Assembly (NCBI RefSeq): GCF_009914755.1
Contig: NC_060938.1
Length of the DNA: 64,000 bases
Source: the human T2T-CHM13v2.0 reference genome, Homo sapiens
Strand: one strand, 5' to 3'
The position numbers and the translations under genes were made by a program. Below the pieces are notes generated by a model. The model worked only from the letters and a program-made list of their open reading frames with translations. It was not told the origin of the DNA and made no database searches. Position 1 is the stretch's first letter; the number at the start of each line of letters is the position of its first letter. Below, one piece after another: positions 27,737 through 41,148 of this stretch.

Positions 27737-28279
27737 TGTGATGGTTAATATTGAGTGTCAACTCAATTTGAAGGATGCAGAGTATTGTTTCTGGGTGTGT
27801 CTGTGAGGGTGTTGCCAAAGGAGATTAACATTTGAGTCAGTGGACTGGGAGAGGCAGACCCACCCTCAATTTGGGTGGACACCATGTAATCAGTTGCCAG
27901 CCTGGTTAGGATAAAAGCAGGCAGAGGATCGTGGAAGGATTAGACTGGCTAAATCTGTCCTCCATCTTTCTCCCGTGCTGGATGCTTCCTGCCCTTGAAC
28001 ATCGGACTCCAAGTTCTTCAGCTTTTGGACTCCTGAGCAAACACCAGTGGTTTGCTAGGGGCTCTCGGGCCTTGGCCCACAGACTGAAGGCTACACTGTT
28101 GGCTTCCCTACTTTTGAGGTTTTGGGACTCAGACTGGCTTCCTTGCTCCTCAGCTTGCAGACAGCCTATTGTGGGACTTCACCTTGTGATCGTGTGAGTC
28201 AATACTCCTTAATAAACTCCCCTTCATATATACATCTATCCTATTAGTCCTGGCCCTCTAGAGAACCCTGACTAATACA
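27737..28279 (+). mobile_element. MLT2A (HERV-L) solo LTR
   Basis: tgtgatggttaatattgagtgtcaact...ctctagagaaccctgactaataca. Perfect 5-bp TSD GTAAA (27732-27736 / 28280-28284). Confidence 0.95.
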
Positions 28280-29610
28280 GTAAAGATTAAGCTGAATGTT
28301 AGAGCTATCACTCATGTCTAACGCTGCTTTAGAAGGGATAAATTTTCAGGTGTGTTTGTAAGAAATGTGCAGTGATGAAGTAAGTAGCTAACCCATTTTG
28401 TGGTATCCTGGATGTGAAGAAAAGACAGGAAGGCAATTTTATAAGAAAGCAAAATAGAAAAAAACAATTTCAAGATGTAGGTGGATGTTTTAATTAATAC
28501 AAATAGCTTTTGAGTCATGTTCAAAACAATATTGTAACTATTTTAGTGACTAAACATTGTAATAATATTTACTGGTTAGTAATATGATCCACCATGAACA
28601 CCCAAAAGCAGTCTTCAATTATAGCAGGTGTAGGGAGAGTGAGCTTAAGGATTTTCTTTTAGATTGTACAATGTAGGTGTAGAAAATAGACAAATATGAA
28701 GTACTTTTGTTGTAATGCATTTACCTTTTTAGCAAATAATTTATATAGATTTCCAAACAGCGTATTTTAAAATCACATATTATCAGTTTTATTTTCTCTG
28801 TGTACCCAATCTTTTCAACTAGGAACGATTCTTAAATTTCTTCTCAATATTTAAAGGAGTCAAAGTTATTTGTCACCTCTCCATTGTTTCCATAAAATAA
28901 TAAGATTTATATTAAGGCAGCAGAAATGCATGAACTAGAAGTAAAATATGTTTAGCTGTCAGGACAGAGTGGGGTAGCCAATTTTGGTATCCAACTCACT
29001 GAGCTTTTCAACATATGTTTCAACATCTCATGACTTGTTACTTACAGCACAATTCACTTGACTCTCCCCATCATAAAAATAAAAATATATAAATCATTCA
29101 TCTTCCTAGATTTTCAGACATAAACCTGGAAACATCTGTGGCTTTTTGGTTCACTATGCAATGTTCAGACCAGTCATTTAGTGTTTGACTCCCCACCCAA
29201 ACACCCCATGCCCTCAATTCTAGAATCTGTTTTTATATGAACTACTACCTGTCCAAACCTGAATATTTTGACAGAGTTTTGGGTTACTTTTTTAGTTTTC
29301 CCTTGATAAGTTTTACTATTAAACCAGGATTTCTTAAGCTAATGACAGTTATGACCTAAAGGCAGTGAAAAGCACCAGTATAATATTTAAGACTGAAACA
29401 TCTGGTACAGGAAAGACCAAGAAAAAAAAGGAAATATTTTATCACTAAGTAAAATGCAAGGTCTGGAATTGTAAACTGTACTCATAAGTTGTTTTTAACT
29501 TCAAGGTTTTTGTTGTTTTTTAAAAACTTTATTAGTAGTAATACTATTCACTGCTCACTGTCTCAAAGTCAATAAATAGATGTATTCAGAGAAATATTTT
29601 GGTAACATGG

Positions 29611-29969
29611 CGTATTTGTCTGTTCTCATGCTGCTAATAAAAACATACCTGAGACTGGGGAATTTATAAAGGAAAGAGGTTTAATAGACTCACAGTTCCA
29701 CATGGCTGGAGAGGCTGCACAATCATGGCAGAAGACGAAGGAATAGCAAAGGGACATCTTACATGGCAGCAGGCAACAGAGAGCTTGTGCAGGGGAACAG
29801 CCCTTTTACAAAACCATCAGTTCTCATGAGACTTCTTCACTATCTCAAGAACAGCATGGGAAAAGCCTACCCCAGGATTCAATTACTTGGACCCTCCCAC
29901 AACACGTGGGTATTATGGGAACTACAATTCAAGATGAGATTTGAGTGGAGACACAGCCAAACCATATCA
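29611..29969 (-). mobile_element. THE1 (C-like) solo LTR
   Basis: gtatttgtctgttctcatgctgctaataa...acacagccaaaccatatca. Perfect TSD CATGG (29606-29610 / 29970-29974). Confidence 0.95.
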
Positions 29970-30871
29970 CATGGGAATGAAGCAAGAGAATCTGGAGGCA
30001 GAAACGGCTGTACAATGATATAAATCCTATTGGCAGAATGTTCATTGAGAAAACAAGAAGCCTTAGGATTTTAAATGTGATGAACATAACATGTTACTAT
30101 ATGGTCTGAATTGCTTTTAAATGAGTCTTTTTTTATAAGCTATTTATTTTCAAAGAACCTGTATGTATAAAACAAGGAGATAATTCCAGATTTTCTCTAT
30201 TATTTTTCTCTCAAAAACTTAGCTCTAAATACAGTTGTCTCTCTTAATTAGACACCATGCAACTTCAGATTTTAGTAAAGATTCTCTAACCAACACCAAA
30301 AAAAGGATAACCACTGGCAAGTATGTTTCTCTTTATTTGGCTTTTGTTGCCCAGGTCTTAAGTGGAAGCAAGCTTTCCTTAAAAAATGTGAACCAGGAAG
30401 ACCAAACTTACAGAGAAGCCTGAGACATATTTTAGTCATTCATTCATACATTTAATCCTTTAACAAATAAAACCATTTCAATAAACACATCATAACAGCT
30501 GAATTTAAAAAATAAAATCTCTCTTCCCTAAAGGAACTTACATTCCTATAGAAAGACATGATATGCAGATGGCCAATATAGTATTTTACCCATTAAAAGA
30601 GAAATGACTACAAAGTAAAGCAGGAGAATCAGACGTATCAATGAGGACTCCCTAGTAAAATGTACAGTCAAAATCTTTCACTTTAGAGGTAAGACTTTAT
30701 GTCTTTTAACTGGGTTTTAAAAGGATGACTAGGAGTACATCATTCAAATAAGACCAGGATGATGTTTTATTCAGATGACAATATATTTGAACAAAACCAG
30801 AAGCATGAGGTAGGAAGAAAGCATGCTAAAGAACTGAGTAGTAGTTTTTTAAAAAACAACTTTTGTTAGAG

Positions 30872-31084
30872 CAAGAGTCAGGAAAATATACTCATTGGCC
30901 AAATCCACCCTGCCACCGGTGTCAACATTTATTGGAATTCTGCCACTCATTCTTTCAGTATTGTCTATGGCTACTTGCATGCTATAAAGGCAGAGTAAAG
31001 TAGCTAAGCTAGAGACAGTATGGCCCTCAATGCATCAAATATTGACTATCTGGCCCTTCACAGAAAGAAAATTGCTCACCCATG
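30872..31084. mobile_element. MER58A-like hAT DNA transposon
   Basis: ggccaaatcca..tttattggaa..gtattgtctatggctac..gcagagt..agagacagtatggcc..aaatattgactatctggcccttcacagaa. Confidence 0.8.
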
Positions 31085-31306
31085 ATTAAAGAAAATTTGT
31101 ACCTAAAGGAAAGCAAAAGGAATTGTTATGTCCTTGATGATCCACTGAGGGAGATTAAAGGAATGCGTAATTTGAACCCATCTGCATTTCCACAAGATCA
31201 GTGACAGCTGTGTGGAGACTTGTTGTGAACAGAGTGAGGCCAGGGGCTTAAAAACCCCTGAAGGAACTATTTTCATATACTCACATGAAGACAATTGGTA
31301 TCATTT

Positions 31307-32090
31307 GTACGAGTTAGGGTCCATTCAAAAACCAGAAATTGTAGAAATTATACTATGTGTTTCCACAAAGAGATTTCAGAAAAGGAATTCATCAGAAAGT
31401 GTTGGGGAGGCCACATGCAGTGGATCAAGCCTATAATCCCAGCATTTAGGGAGGCCGAAGCAGATGGATGGTTTGAGGTCAGGAGTTTGAGACTTGCCTG
31501 ACCAATATGATGAAACCCCAACTCGACTAAAAACATAAAAATTAGCTGGGCATGGTGGCGGGTACCTGTAATCCCAGCTACTTGGGAGGCAGAGACAGGA
31601 GAATCATTTGAACCTGGGAGGGGGAGGTTGTGTGAGTCGACATTGCGCCACTGCTCTCCAGCCTGGGTGACAAAGCGAGACGTCATCTGAAAATAAATAA
31701 ATAAATAAATAGATAGATAGATAAAATAAAATGTTGGGGAGTTGAAGAGGCAAAACAAACACCAACAAGCAACGCCGAAGCAATGCAGAGACAGTAACTG
31801 CAGGAAACAGCATACCACCTCCTCCCGCTCCCCAACTAGAGTGATGGGGTGGTAGAGAAGTTGTTTAATGTATTAGGACTAGAATCACTGAGGAGCCAAT
31901 CCTCAGAACTGAGTCAGCCATCCTCAGAACTGAGTCCCAGCTCTAACAGGAGGAGCTGTCTACCTGGTGCTGGTACTCCAGGAGCTCAGAGGAAGGACCT
32001 TGCAGGGTTAGGACTCTGAAGAAGGGCAGTGCCCAAATGGTGAAGTACTCCTGAGGGGCACATGGAGGCTGGTTCCAGGACTGCCTGAGA
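31307..32090. mobile_element. Probable ancient LTR interrupted by the Alu (family uncertain)
   Basis: tgtacgagttagggtccattca..cagaaa terminus typical of reverse-oriented old LTRs; continues after the Alu TSD. Confidence 0.4.
31409..31731 (+). mobile_element. AluS with compound (AAAT)n(AGAT)n tail
   Basis: Full dimer. TSD core TGTTGGGGA at 31400-31408 and 31732-31740. Confidence 0.93.
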
Positions 32091-32795
32091 AAGATATGGT
32101 TTCTCCCTGCTTAACATACACATTTTGCACCGATTATATGACAGACATTATTAGCTAGTAGTTCCCCAGTAGTGTGCTGTTACAATCATTAAAGTAACTT
32201 TTGTTTCTCACTTACTTTTTTTTAACTTCTCAGTTCTTACCTATTTTACCACTTCTTTGGTAGTAAAATGCTTATGTCCAACAATTGAGAGAAATTGCTT
32301 TATGAGCTAGTAATACTTTTTACAAAGGAAATTCAAAGAACTTTTCTATATTTTATACATAGTCCATGAGTCAGATATTCTCTATATTTTATTGACTGAA
32401 CACCTGAAATCTTGAAAGTGTGAACATTTTTTTTTCCTAAATTCAGATAACTTTCAGTAGCTTCAATACAGACCTTCAGATTCACAGGCACTGATGTTTC
32501 TGCATTGACAAAGCTCTCTTCAAAGCCAAGGAGTATTTTAGAGCAAGCCAGTTATCCAGAAGTCTATTCTGGTATTGCTGGTCCTTTTAACAATATTAAC
32601 TGTTCATTTAGGTTAAATGTAAAGATTGCCTTTGTTTTTCTATCTTAGGCTAGTTTTCCTAAATAAAGCAGAGCCAGTAAAAGGTTTACATGTAGGTAGT
32701 TTGTTTGGGAAGTGATTCCAAAGAGTAGAAATGACAGGGTAATGAAAAACAGAAAGAACAATGGCAACTTGTGTTTACACATTGACCATAGGTGA

Positions 32796-33323
32796 TGCTG
32801 AGCTTTACTTGAGCCCTGTGCCCCTGGCAAACAGCAATGGCTGAGAAATCTTCCATTTGTGTTCCATGAGAGGGCTTACTACAAAGAACCACCTTTAGGT
32901 AAGACTCCTGGATGACTGACCCCCTTGTTTACTTGCAATAAAGACAGACACAGACTTTACAAATGCCTATTCATCTCATAGTTAACTGAACTGCTTGTTC
33001 CTACTCACCAATCTGGATGAATCTCTGCTAACTCAATGAACCTATATTAAGATTTCTTCCCTCAGATCCCTAAATTTTGGCTCTCTTCTGAGCTTTGGAA
33101 ACCAACCCTCTCAATGGCTTTTCCATAGAATCAACTGACCTCATGGAAAAAACATTCCCTAATAAACTCTCTAATCATACCCTTGGCTCAGCCTAATCCC
33201 GGATACCCAGTTTTGTCTCGTCTTGTTTACTTTTGTTTCTCTGCAATAGTCTCCCTATTGCAATAGTCTTTTTGAATAAAGTCCTTTATTACCTAAGTAT
33301 GAATTTGCTTTTTTTATTTGACT
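32796..33323 (+). mobile_element. ERV1 LTR, MER67-like
   Basis: tgctgagctttacttgagccctgtg..ctggcaaacagc...ttgcaatagtctttttgaataaagtc...ttttatttgac. Confidence 0.6.
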
Positions 33324-33815
33324 TATGGGACTCAGAACATGCTATCCCAAGTATGGCACCTTGGCATTTAAGAAAATAGCAGTAGTAGAAAGGTATCTCT
33401 GACCTTCTCCCAGCATTCTCCCATGAAGTAGACCACAGAAGAATTATCTGACCTTCCAACAAAGTAGCTCATAAGAGCTTCATTTGAGAGGTGTCCTCCC
33501 TGTACCTGGAGAAACAGAGTGAATACACAGAGTCACCAAGACTAATCTGAATAAGTGGGCCTTGCTAATTTTCCCTTAGTTTATTACCATTAGATCGTAC
33601 TTTTTTGTCCTGCAGTCACACTTCTGCATGACTGTCATAAATGTACACAGATTTCCCTGTTTCTTTAGGCCTTCATTTCTGAAGTCTCCCATGTCATGTA
33701 AAACTTATATAATACATTAGTGTGTTTTTCTCTTATTAATCTGTCTTTTGTTGTATGAGTCTCAGCCATAAACTTTGCAATAGGCAAGGAAAAGATACTA
33801 ATTTTCTCTCCTATA
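33324..33815 (+). mobile_element. ERV1 LTR, MER39/MER34-like
   Basis: tatgggactcagaacatgctatcccaagtatggcaccttggcat...ttttctctcctata. Flanked by TGACT (33319-33323 / 33816-33820). Confidence 0.75.
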
Positions 33816-33904
33816 TGACTATGTTATTTGAACTTTGTGTATGTGCCTTCTGTCTCCTTCTTTAATACTCTATTAAGCCATCTCCACTTCATTTACTGTA
33901 GGCT

Positions 33905-34065
33905 AGCACTTCTTAAAATTAAATATGGAGCAAATTACCTAGGGTCTTGATAAAATGCAGATTCTGATTCAATATACCTAATAGAACATATAATTCCGTA
34001 TTTCTAACACACTTTTGGGTGATACTCATGCTACTGGTCTGTAGGTCACCCTTTAGGTAACAATG
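33905..34065. mobile_element. MER5-type hAT DNA transposon
   Basis: aattacctagggtcttgataaaatgcagattctgattca...gtatttctaaca..ggtgatactcatgctactggtct. Confidence 0.75.
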
Positions 34066-35485
34066 TTTCTGACAGTTATTATGCTGCAAAAGGACATCTC
34101 ATTAAAGACAGGTTCCAAGTGCTTCTAAGTCAATAAATCTCTGTCTTATATTTGAACCCTTTGAACCAGTACTCACAAGACTTACTGCACATATTCTGTG
34201 GGTTTTTTTCTTCCCCTAGGACCTCTTGGTGGTTCTATAATTTTTCCAATATGTGAATAATTTCCTGTTAGAGAAGAGAAGATATTTTCCTGTTGGATTT
34301 TGGTGAGCCTGGACACCTCAAACCAAGAGGAAAGAATAAAACAAATAGTGAAAGAAGTAAAGCCACCCAGTGTTCAGTCCATTATGACTTTTGGAGGAGC
34401 TTTGTGAAATACTTCTCAGACCTTTCCATTCAAGGAAAAAATGATTTGATTTCTTCCCAAATGCATAAATCCACTAGTTTGAAATTCCTTGTCCTTCTGT
34501 GTGCATATGTATAAGATTGGAGGAGGTTTCCATGGGTATTCTATGTAAAGGCTTCAGAAAAGCCCTGGGGTAGGAAGTAAGGAGATAGCATGTTGCTAAA
34601 ACTTCCATGGATTGAGTCAATGCAGTACTGGCTAAAGCTCAAGGTAAGGCCAAAAGTATTTGAAATGCCCCAGAAGTGTGTTTATATACCATTTATTGTC
34701 CCGAACCCACCTTCCTCATGGTGTTCTCCCCTCCCCACTCTCTTCTACTCATGTTTAGGTGCCATCTGTCAGCAATAGCCACTCAGTTACCAAATATAGT
34801 CCCTTAAAGACTTTTTCTAGCACTGGGCCTGTCTTTTTCAGCCTCTGAGCTCTGAAAACCAGCTCTTATCTAGTCCTACTGAAATAGAGTTCCAGATACT
34901 TGAACCTGAAAACCTGCATTGAAGTTAAGCTCCAACTCTGAATCTCTAAGCTGGAGTATTTTATTCTATTCCCTCATCTGAAAAGCAAGGGTAATGATAA
35001 TAGTACTTGCTAATATGCAAAAATGTAATCATAATATGTGGAAAATTGTTCTGGAAACAATTGAATTCTAAGCAAAATATAATCTGCTGTTTTTATCCAA
35101 CAATTAATTAATAATAATACATAACGAGGAAAAAGACCTCTAAAGTGCTTAAAATGTGTATTCCTCCCAGAACTACTTGACTTAAAAGGAGGAAAATAAA
35201 AGAGCTCGTAATTTCAGCAAATTTTGATGGGAAAGGTATTTTCATAGTGCTGTAGAGGTACTTCTCAAAATCTCCTAACCAGATTATCTGCCTCTTTGAC
35301 TGTTTGTTCTTCTGCTTAAAAACAAAAACAAAAAACTCAGTATCAGTACAATATAACTATGCTTTTCTGAGCACTCACTTGGTACCAATAATCTTAACTT
35401 TTTAAATCTTATCACATTTACTCCTCACAATCAACTAGAAAGACAGATGTTGTTATGGTTACAACTTTACATATAATGACTAGTC

Positions 35486-35781
35486 TTTTTTGTTGTTGTT
35501 GAGACAGGATCTCACTTAGCCGTCCAGGCTGGAGTGCATTACGGTGATCTTGGCTCACTGCAACTTCTGCCTCCTGGGCTAAAGTGATTCTCCCGCCTCA
35601 GCCTCCTGAGTAGCTGGGATTACAGGCATGCACCACCATGCCCAACTAATTTTTGTATTTTTTGTAGAGACAGGGTTTCACCATGTTGCCTAGTCTTGTC
35701 TCAAATGCCTGGGCTCAAGCAATCCGTCTGCCTCAGCCTCCCAAAGTGCTGTATTACAGGTGTGAGCCACCACATCTGGCC
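35486..35781 (-). mobile_element. AluJb-like, inserted into a MIR
   Basis: gagacaggatctcac..ctcctgggct..gtagagacagggtttcacc..cctgggctcaagcaatcc; TAGTCTTT on both flanks. Confidence 0.93.
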
Positions 35782-37169
35782 AACAGTAGTCTTTAGTGCT
35801 TTAAATGATGTCCTAGGTAAAGTACATTTAGTTAATGGCACACCCAGAGCCTGAATCCAGGTTTGTGCAAAAATACTTCTAAGTCCCTTTATACATTGAT
35901 TTGATAGCCTTGATCAATAGCATGACCACAACTCTTGAATTGTCCTGAGCAATCTTGAGCCTGTCTCATTTTGGTCTAATTATCAATAGTTCATTTCACT
36001 CTGAAAATTATCCTACTTTTAATGACAAATTATATGGTCACTCTATTAGTCAGCCTTTTTTTGTCTCGTTTTGTTTTTATATAAAGTTTACAAGTATCTC
36101 AAATACTTCATATTTTTCAATCTGTTTTTGGTATTTTTCAATCAAAACAGTCAGATTGTCTAAGAAACATTGTATTTCATGAGAGTAGCTAATTGGCTTC
36201 TTAAGCTCATTTGGGCATGAATGATGCCAAGAAAAGATTTGCAATGAAGTAATTGTTATAGCTAATATCCTAAAGTAGCCAACCTACATTTGGTGCTAAG
36301 AATCAAAGCAAGCAAAAAAATGTTAATACATATTTCTTGTGTTTCTAGAACTAACATGTTTCTTAGATTTCTATCCAACATTTTTATATAAGTTTGTTTT
36401 GTACAAACACACAGATATTACAGTTCAGAGAATGTTTAAGCCTAAAACTTTCTAATATGAACTTGTGGAGAAAAAAATATTAAGCTCTCTACCAAAGAGT
36501 TAAGTCATCTGTAATGGATTATCCTATATTTAAACTCAAATGTGGTATTATCATTTGTAGAATTCACGTGTTTCTACAGTGTGTTCAAAAACAGGTTTTA
36601 TAAAATGGCTAATTTGTGGAGCCAACACAGCTATAATAGAATCATTTTGTGATTTTTGCATCATTTTTATAATTGTCCTGGAAGGAGAAAAAAGTAACGG
36701 ATTGTTCTTTTTCTACGTATCATCTATCAATGAATTAGGGATGGTAAATTCCAGTTTTCAGCTGCTGATTTCAAATTCATGTAATAACACGAGTTACAGG
36801 TAAATGACTTAAAATTGCAATCAAGAACTCTTCCCTTCCAAGTCGTGTTACTTGGTCATAGTGACCTGATTTAGAGTGAAGAGGAGATCTGACTAGGAAA
36901 CTAACATATTTCATAGATATTTCAATTCCTATGGTGCAACAATTGACAGAATTTTTACTTTGATAATTAAATTAGAAGTGTAGATTTCTTTCTCTGACAG
37001 GTTTAGTGATAAATGTATTTCAAACATTTAGTTAAAAATAATCCACTTCAAACAATTAGTTGGTAATATATTCAAGCATACTGCTTACCTAATATATACA
37101 TATACACATATATATACACACATACATATGTGTGTGTATTTAAGTGCCACTTTAACTTGGTATAGTATT

Positions 37170-37548
37170 GGCTTTGTTTATTTGGGCTACTATTGCAAGA
37201 ATACCGTAGACTGGGTTGCTTAAACAACAAATATTTATTTCTCACAAATCTAGAGACTGGCACTAGTCTCCAAGGACTAGTCCAAGATCAAGGCAGCAGT
37301 AGATTTGGTGTCTGGTGAGGGCTGGCTTCCTGGTTCACAGACGAACAGGTGGTTGCGTCTTCTCTTCTCACTGTGTACTCACATGGCAGAAGAAGCCAGG
37401 AATCTCTCTAGGGCCACTTTTATGAGGACATCTATTCATAAAGGTTTTACCCTCATGACCCAATCACCTCCCAAAGTCTCTACTTCATATTGGGCGTTAG
37501 GATTTCAATATATGAATTTTGAAGGGACACCAACATTTAGCCAGAACA
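37170..37548 (-). mobile_element. MLT1A0-type MaLR LTR
   Basis: aataccgtagactgggttgcttaaacaaca..tttatttctcaca..gtccaagatcaaggca..cctcatgacccaatcacctccc. Confidence 0.88.
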
Positions 37549-37722
37549 TATACATGTTGGAGTTTTTTTACTAGAAGTAATGATTTTTAAATAGACTCAA
37601 GTGAGGCTGTTTATAACTACACAGACTACAAAATGTAGCAAATTAAAGAGCAATGTCATTACATAAAAGTACCTAGAGATATTCTCTATAAAAGTATTGG
37701 TATTAGTTTTAATTGTTCTTTT

Positions 37723-38014
37723 AATTTTTTTATTATTTTTATTTTGTTTTTGAAACAGGGTCTTGCTCTGTTGCTAAGTCTGGAGTGCAATGTCATGACC
37801 TCCTGGGCTCAAGATATCCTCGCATCTCGGTTTTCTAAGTACGTAGGACTGCAGGTGCACGCCACCATGCCCAGTTAATTTTCAAAATATTTTTGTAGAG
37901 ATGGGGGTCTCACTTTATTGCCCAGACTGGTCTCAGACTCCTGGGCTTAAGTGATCTTCCCACCTTGGCTTCCCAAATTGCTGAGACTACAGACATAAGC
38001 TACCAGACCTAGCC
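37723..38014 (-). mobile_element. AluJ with small internal deletion
   Basis: gaaacagggtcttgctctgttg..ctcctgggctcaag; TSD TA(A/G)TTGTTCTTTT at 37710-37722 / 38015-38027. Confidence 0.92.
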
Positions 38015-38684
38015 TAGTTGTTCTTTTTAAAATAATTTCTTATTTTCAAAAATTTATCTATTTCCATGATGGTATTTTTGTCATATATCTTTCATGATGA
38101 ATAAATTTCAATTGAAATAAATTATCACTAACACTTTTTTTTTTCCTAATGGATGTTGTAATGAAACAGAGAAGTCAAGAACTGGAGTTCAAAAATACTG
38201 ATTACTGTCTCTTGTTCTCCCATTGTTACTTATTGGGTGTGTGAATATAGGCAAGTTATTTAAGATGCAGGAGTTCAATTTTATTACCTTTCTAAGACAA
38301 ATGAAGTTGTTTTAGATTTAGGTGCCGATCTTTCCAGTCCTAAAATTTAAACCTTCTCCTCCATATTTTACTTTAGAAATTGGAGTAAATCTTATTGATA
38401 CTGATGCGCTATTCCTAATAAATTTGTTTTTTAGAAATGTACTAAAGGATACAGGACTTCAGATATGAATGTCTCCCCTTTTTCCAAATTTTAGGAATAA
38501 TTTAACATCTATACTCTAACAGCAACATTTATTTGGAATCAATTATAATTTTATAATATTCTGTTTGTAATTGGTGGTAAAAGATGAATTATCTCTAATA
38601 AACTTATAAGCTTCAAGTTCCTTCTTGTCAACAGTGACTATGAGGACTCACTTAATAAAAATGCAAACCCAAATTAAATTTTTA

Positions 38685-39144
38685 TGGAAGTAAGCAGTAT
38701 AATGACCTCCCAAGAATGTTCACCCCCATGAAGAGGTTATGTTATATGGCAAAGGGGAACAAGGTAGTGGATGGAATTGAGATTGTTAACTAGAAGACAT
38801 TAAGATATAAAGATTATCCTGGATTATCAGGGTGGGCACAATGTGATCATAAAAATTCGTAAATGTGGAAGACAGGGGCAGAAGAGTAAGTGTAAGAGTG
38901 ATGCAATGTGAGAAGGATTGAAAACAATTGCTGCTTTTGAATGTAGCCATAAACCACGGAATACATGCAGCCTCTAGAAGCTGGAAGGAAATGGATTATC
39001 CCGTAGAGCCTCCAGAAAGGAATGCAACCCTGACAGCAAGATCTGTCCAGACTCAACTTCCAAAACTGTAAGATATAATTTTTTTCTGTTTTAAGATGAT
39101 AAGTTTGTGGTAACATGTTATAGCAGCCACGGGAAAGTAATACA
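38685..39144 (+). mobile_element. MLT1D-type MaLR LTR
   Basis: tatggcaaagggg..gattatcctggattatcagggtgggcacaatgt..gcagcctctagaagctggaag..tagagcctccagaaaggaatgca..taataca. Confidence 0.88.
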
Positions 39145-39310
39145 ATCACTAACAGGAAAGAAGAGTATCTTACTAATCAGCCACTTTGGTAGGCATTTTG
39201 TGTTATACATTTAATAAAGAAAATGATTTTTAAATGACTTCCCAATATCATAATATTCTTTTTAAAAATTTTAACACACAATTAATTATAAAATACTGTT
39301 TGTGTAGTAC

Positions 39311-39706
39311 TGTGTTAGGCAATTCTTGTATTGCTATAAAGGAATATCTGAGACTGGGTAATTTATGAAGAAAAGACATTTAATTGTTTTACATGGCAGT
39401 GATAACCCTCGGCTTCTGTGGAGGCCTCAGAGAGTTTTTACTCATGGCAGAAGCAAGAGCTTGTGCATTGTCATATGGCAAAAGCAGGAGCAAGAGAGAA
39501 AGTAGGAGGGTGCCACCCACTTTTAAATGACCAGATCTCATGTGAACTCAAAGCAGGAGCTCACTTATTACCAAGGGGATAGCCCAAGTCATTCATGAGG
39601 GATTCATCCCTATGATTCAAACACTTCCCACCAAGCCTTACCTCCAACACTGGGTATTACATTTCAACATGAGATTAAGACACGGACAAATATCCAAACT
39701 GTATCA
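39311..39706 (-). mobile_element. MSTB-type MaLR LTR
   Basis: tgtgttaggcaattcttgtattgctataaaggaata..gagctcacttattaccaagggga..atatccaaactgtatca. Confidence 0.9.
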
Positions 39707-39939
39707 TTACAATAACCATAAAGACTTTAGAAAAATAAAATATATAAATATAAGCATAAAAATAAGATAAAATAATATATACTATCATTTCAATGGTATA
39801 CTCTATGAATGCATATAGAGAAGGTTTGGAAAATAGCATGAAACATAAATTTTATAGTGCAGGTGAAATGAAAGTTTTTAAATTTCATGTATTTTCATTG
39901 TTAAATCACATTGTTCTTACTATTTGTAAAATCAGTATA

Positions 39940-40850
39940 AAAATCAACCAGCGGGCACCTCAGGGAGCTAAGCCTTCATATAGCCACCTGACATCAATAA
40001 GGCAGAATTAGGTGGTGCAAGATGGGTTAGACAATACTCCGTATTTCCTTTCCCTACTGTTAGTTTAGCTCAGTGGTGAGCCTCGCTTCCACCCCAAGCC
40101 AGTATCAACGAGGTAGAACGACATGGTGGTTCAAGTGAAGGTAGTTGTCACTCCACATTTCCTCTCCACTCTATTCTGCCTCACTCCACTCCTGGTATGA
40201 CAGTCCCAGTAAAGTGTTGAACTTTTACCTACCCAAACAGCAACAAGACAATGAGGGTTAGTCCTTTACTTACTATCTTCCTGGTGATGGAGGGCCCAGT
40301 GTGAAGCTAAACCTATATTTCAACCTGAATACAATGAGGAGGTGAAAATTGGTGTTTTCTTTCTCTGAGAAAGCATCAGCAGGGCTGAGGGAGAGGTGAA
40401 GTTTCACATCTGCTGCAATGAGGCAGTGTGACTGAGTACTCTTGCTAGGGTGTGTGTGCGACACAGTGGAAAACTAAATATATACACCCACCTGGCCCTT
40501 TCACTATACCCTAGGGAACATCCAGCTGAAAAAACAAGATTAAATAGGATCCAGAGTCTTATAAGAACTAAAATGTCAAGAATATAATTGAGAATGCATT
40601 CATCATAACAAGAAACAGGAAAATCACAACATGAATGAGAAAAGATATCAACAGACACAAAGTGAGATGAGCCAGATTTAGAATGACCTTACAAGGATTT
40701 TTATAATACAGTAAGCACAATCATTAACAATCAATTATGACTTCTCTTGAAACAAATACAAAATAGAAAATTCCAGTAAGATGTAAAAGTTATAAAATGG
40801 AACCAAATGAAAAAATATAGACCTTAAAAATAATAGATGATTTAATATAT
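39940..40850 (+). mobile_element. Old L1M 5' region / ORF1 start (L1MC/MD-like)
   Basis: aaaatgtcaagaatata..aagaaacaggaaaatcacaacatgaatgagaaaaga..tcaacagacac..gagatgagccagat. Confidence 0.6.
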
Positions 40851-41148
40851 GTTGTGTTGAAGTTATTTTGCACCACACACATGCTAAAGGTTATACTGTA
40901 TTTTACCATTTGGTTCTGTCTTTTCAAGGGAAAATTCTAGCAAAATGAAGTCAATGGTCCTGGATTTTTGCTGTTAGTGCTTGTTAATACATTTTTGAAA
41001 AGCACAGTATGTTTAGAACACAAAATTTCCTTTCTGGTACATTAAACTAGCTCTTTCCACACTGTCTCCATCTCAGTAAATGGTAATTCTATTCATCTGT
41101 TTGCTCATGCCAAAAACTTTGGGGATATCTTGATATCTTACATTCTCT

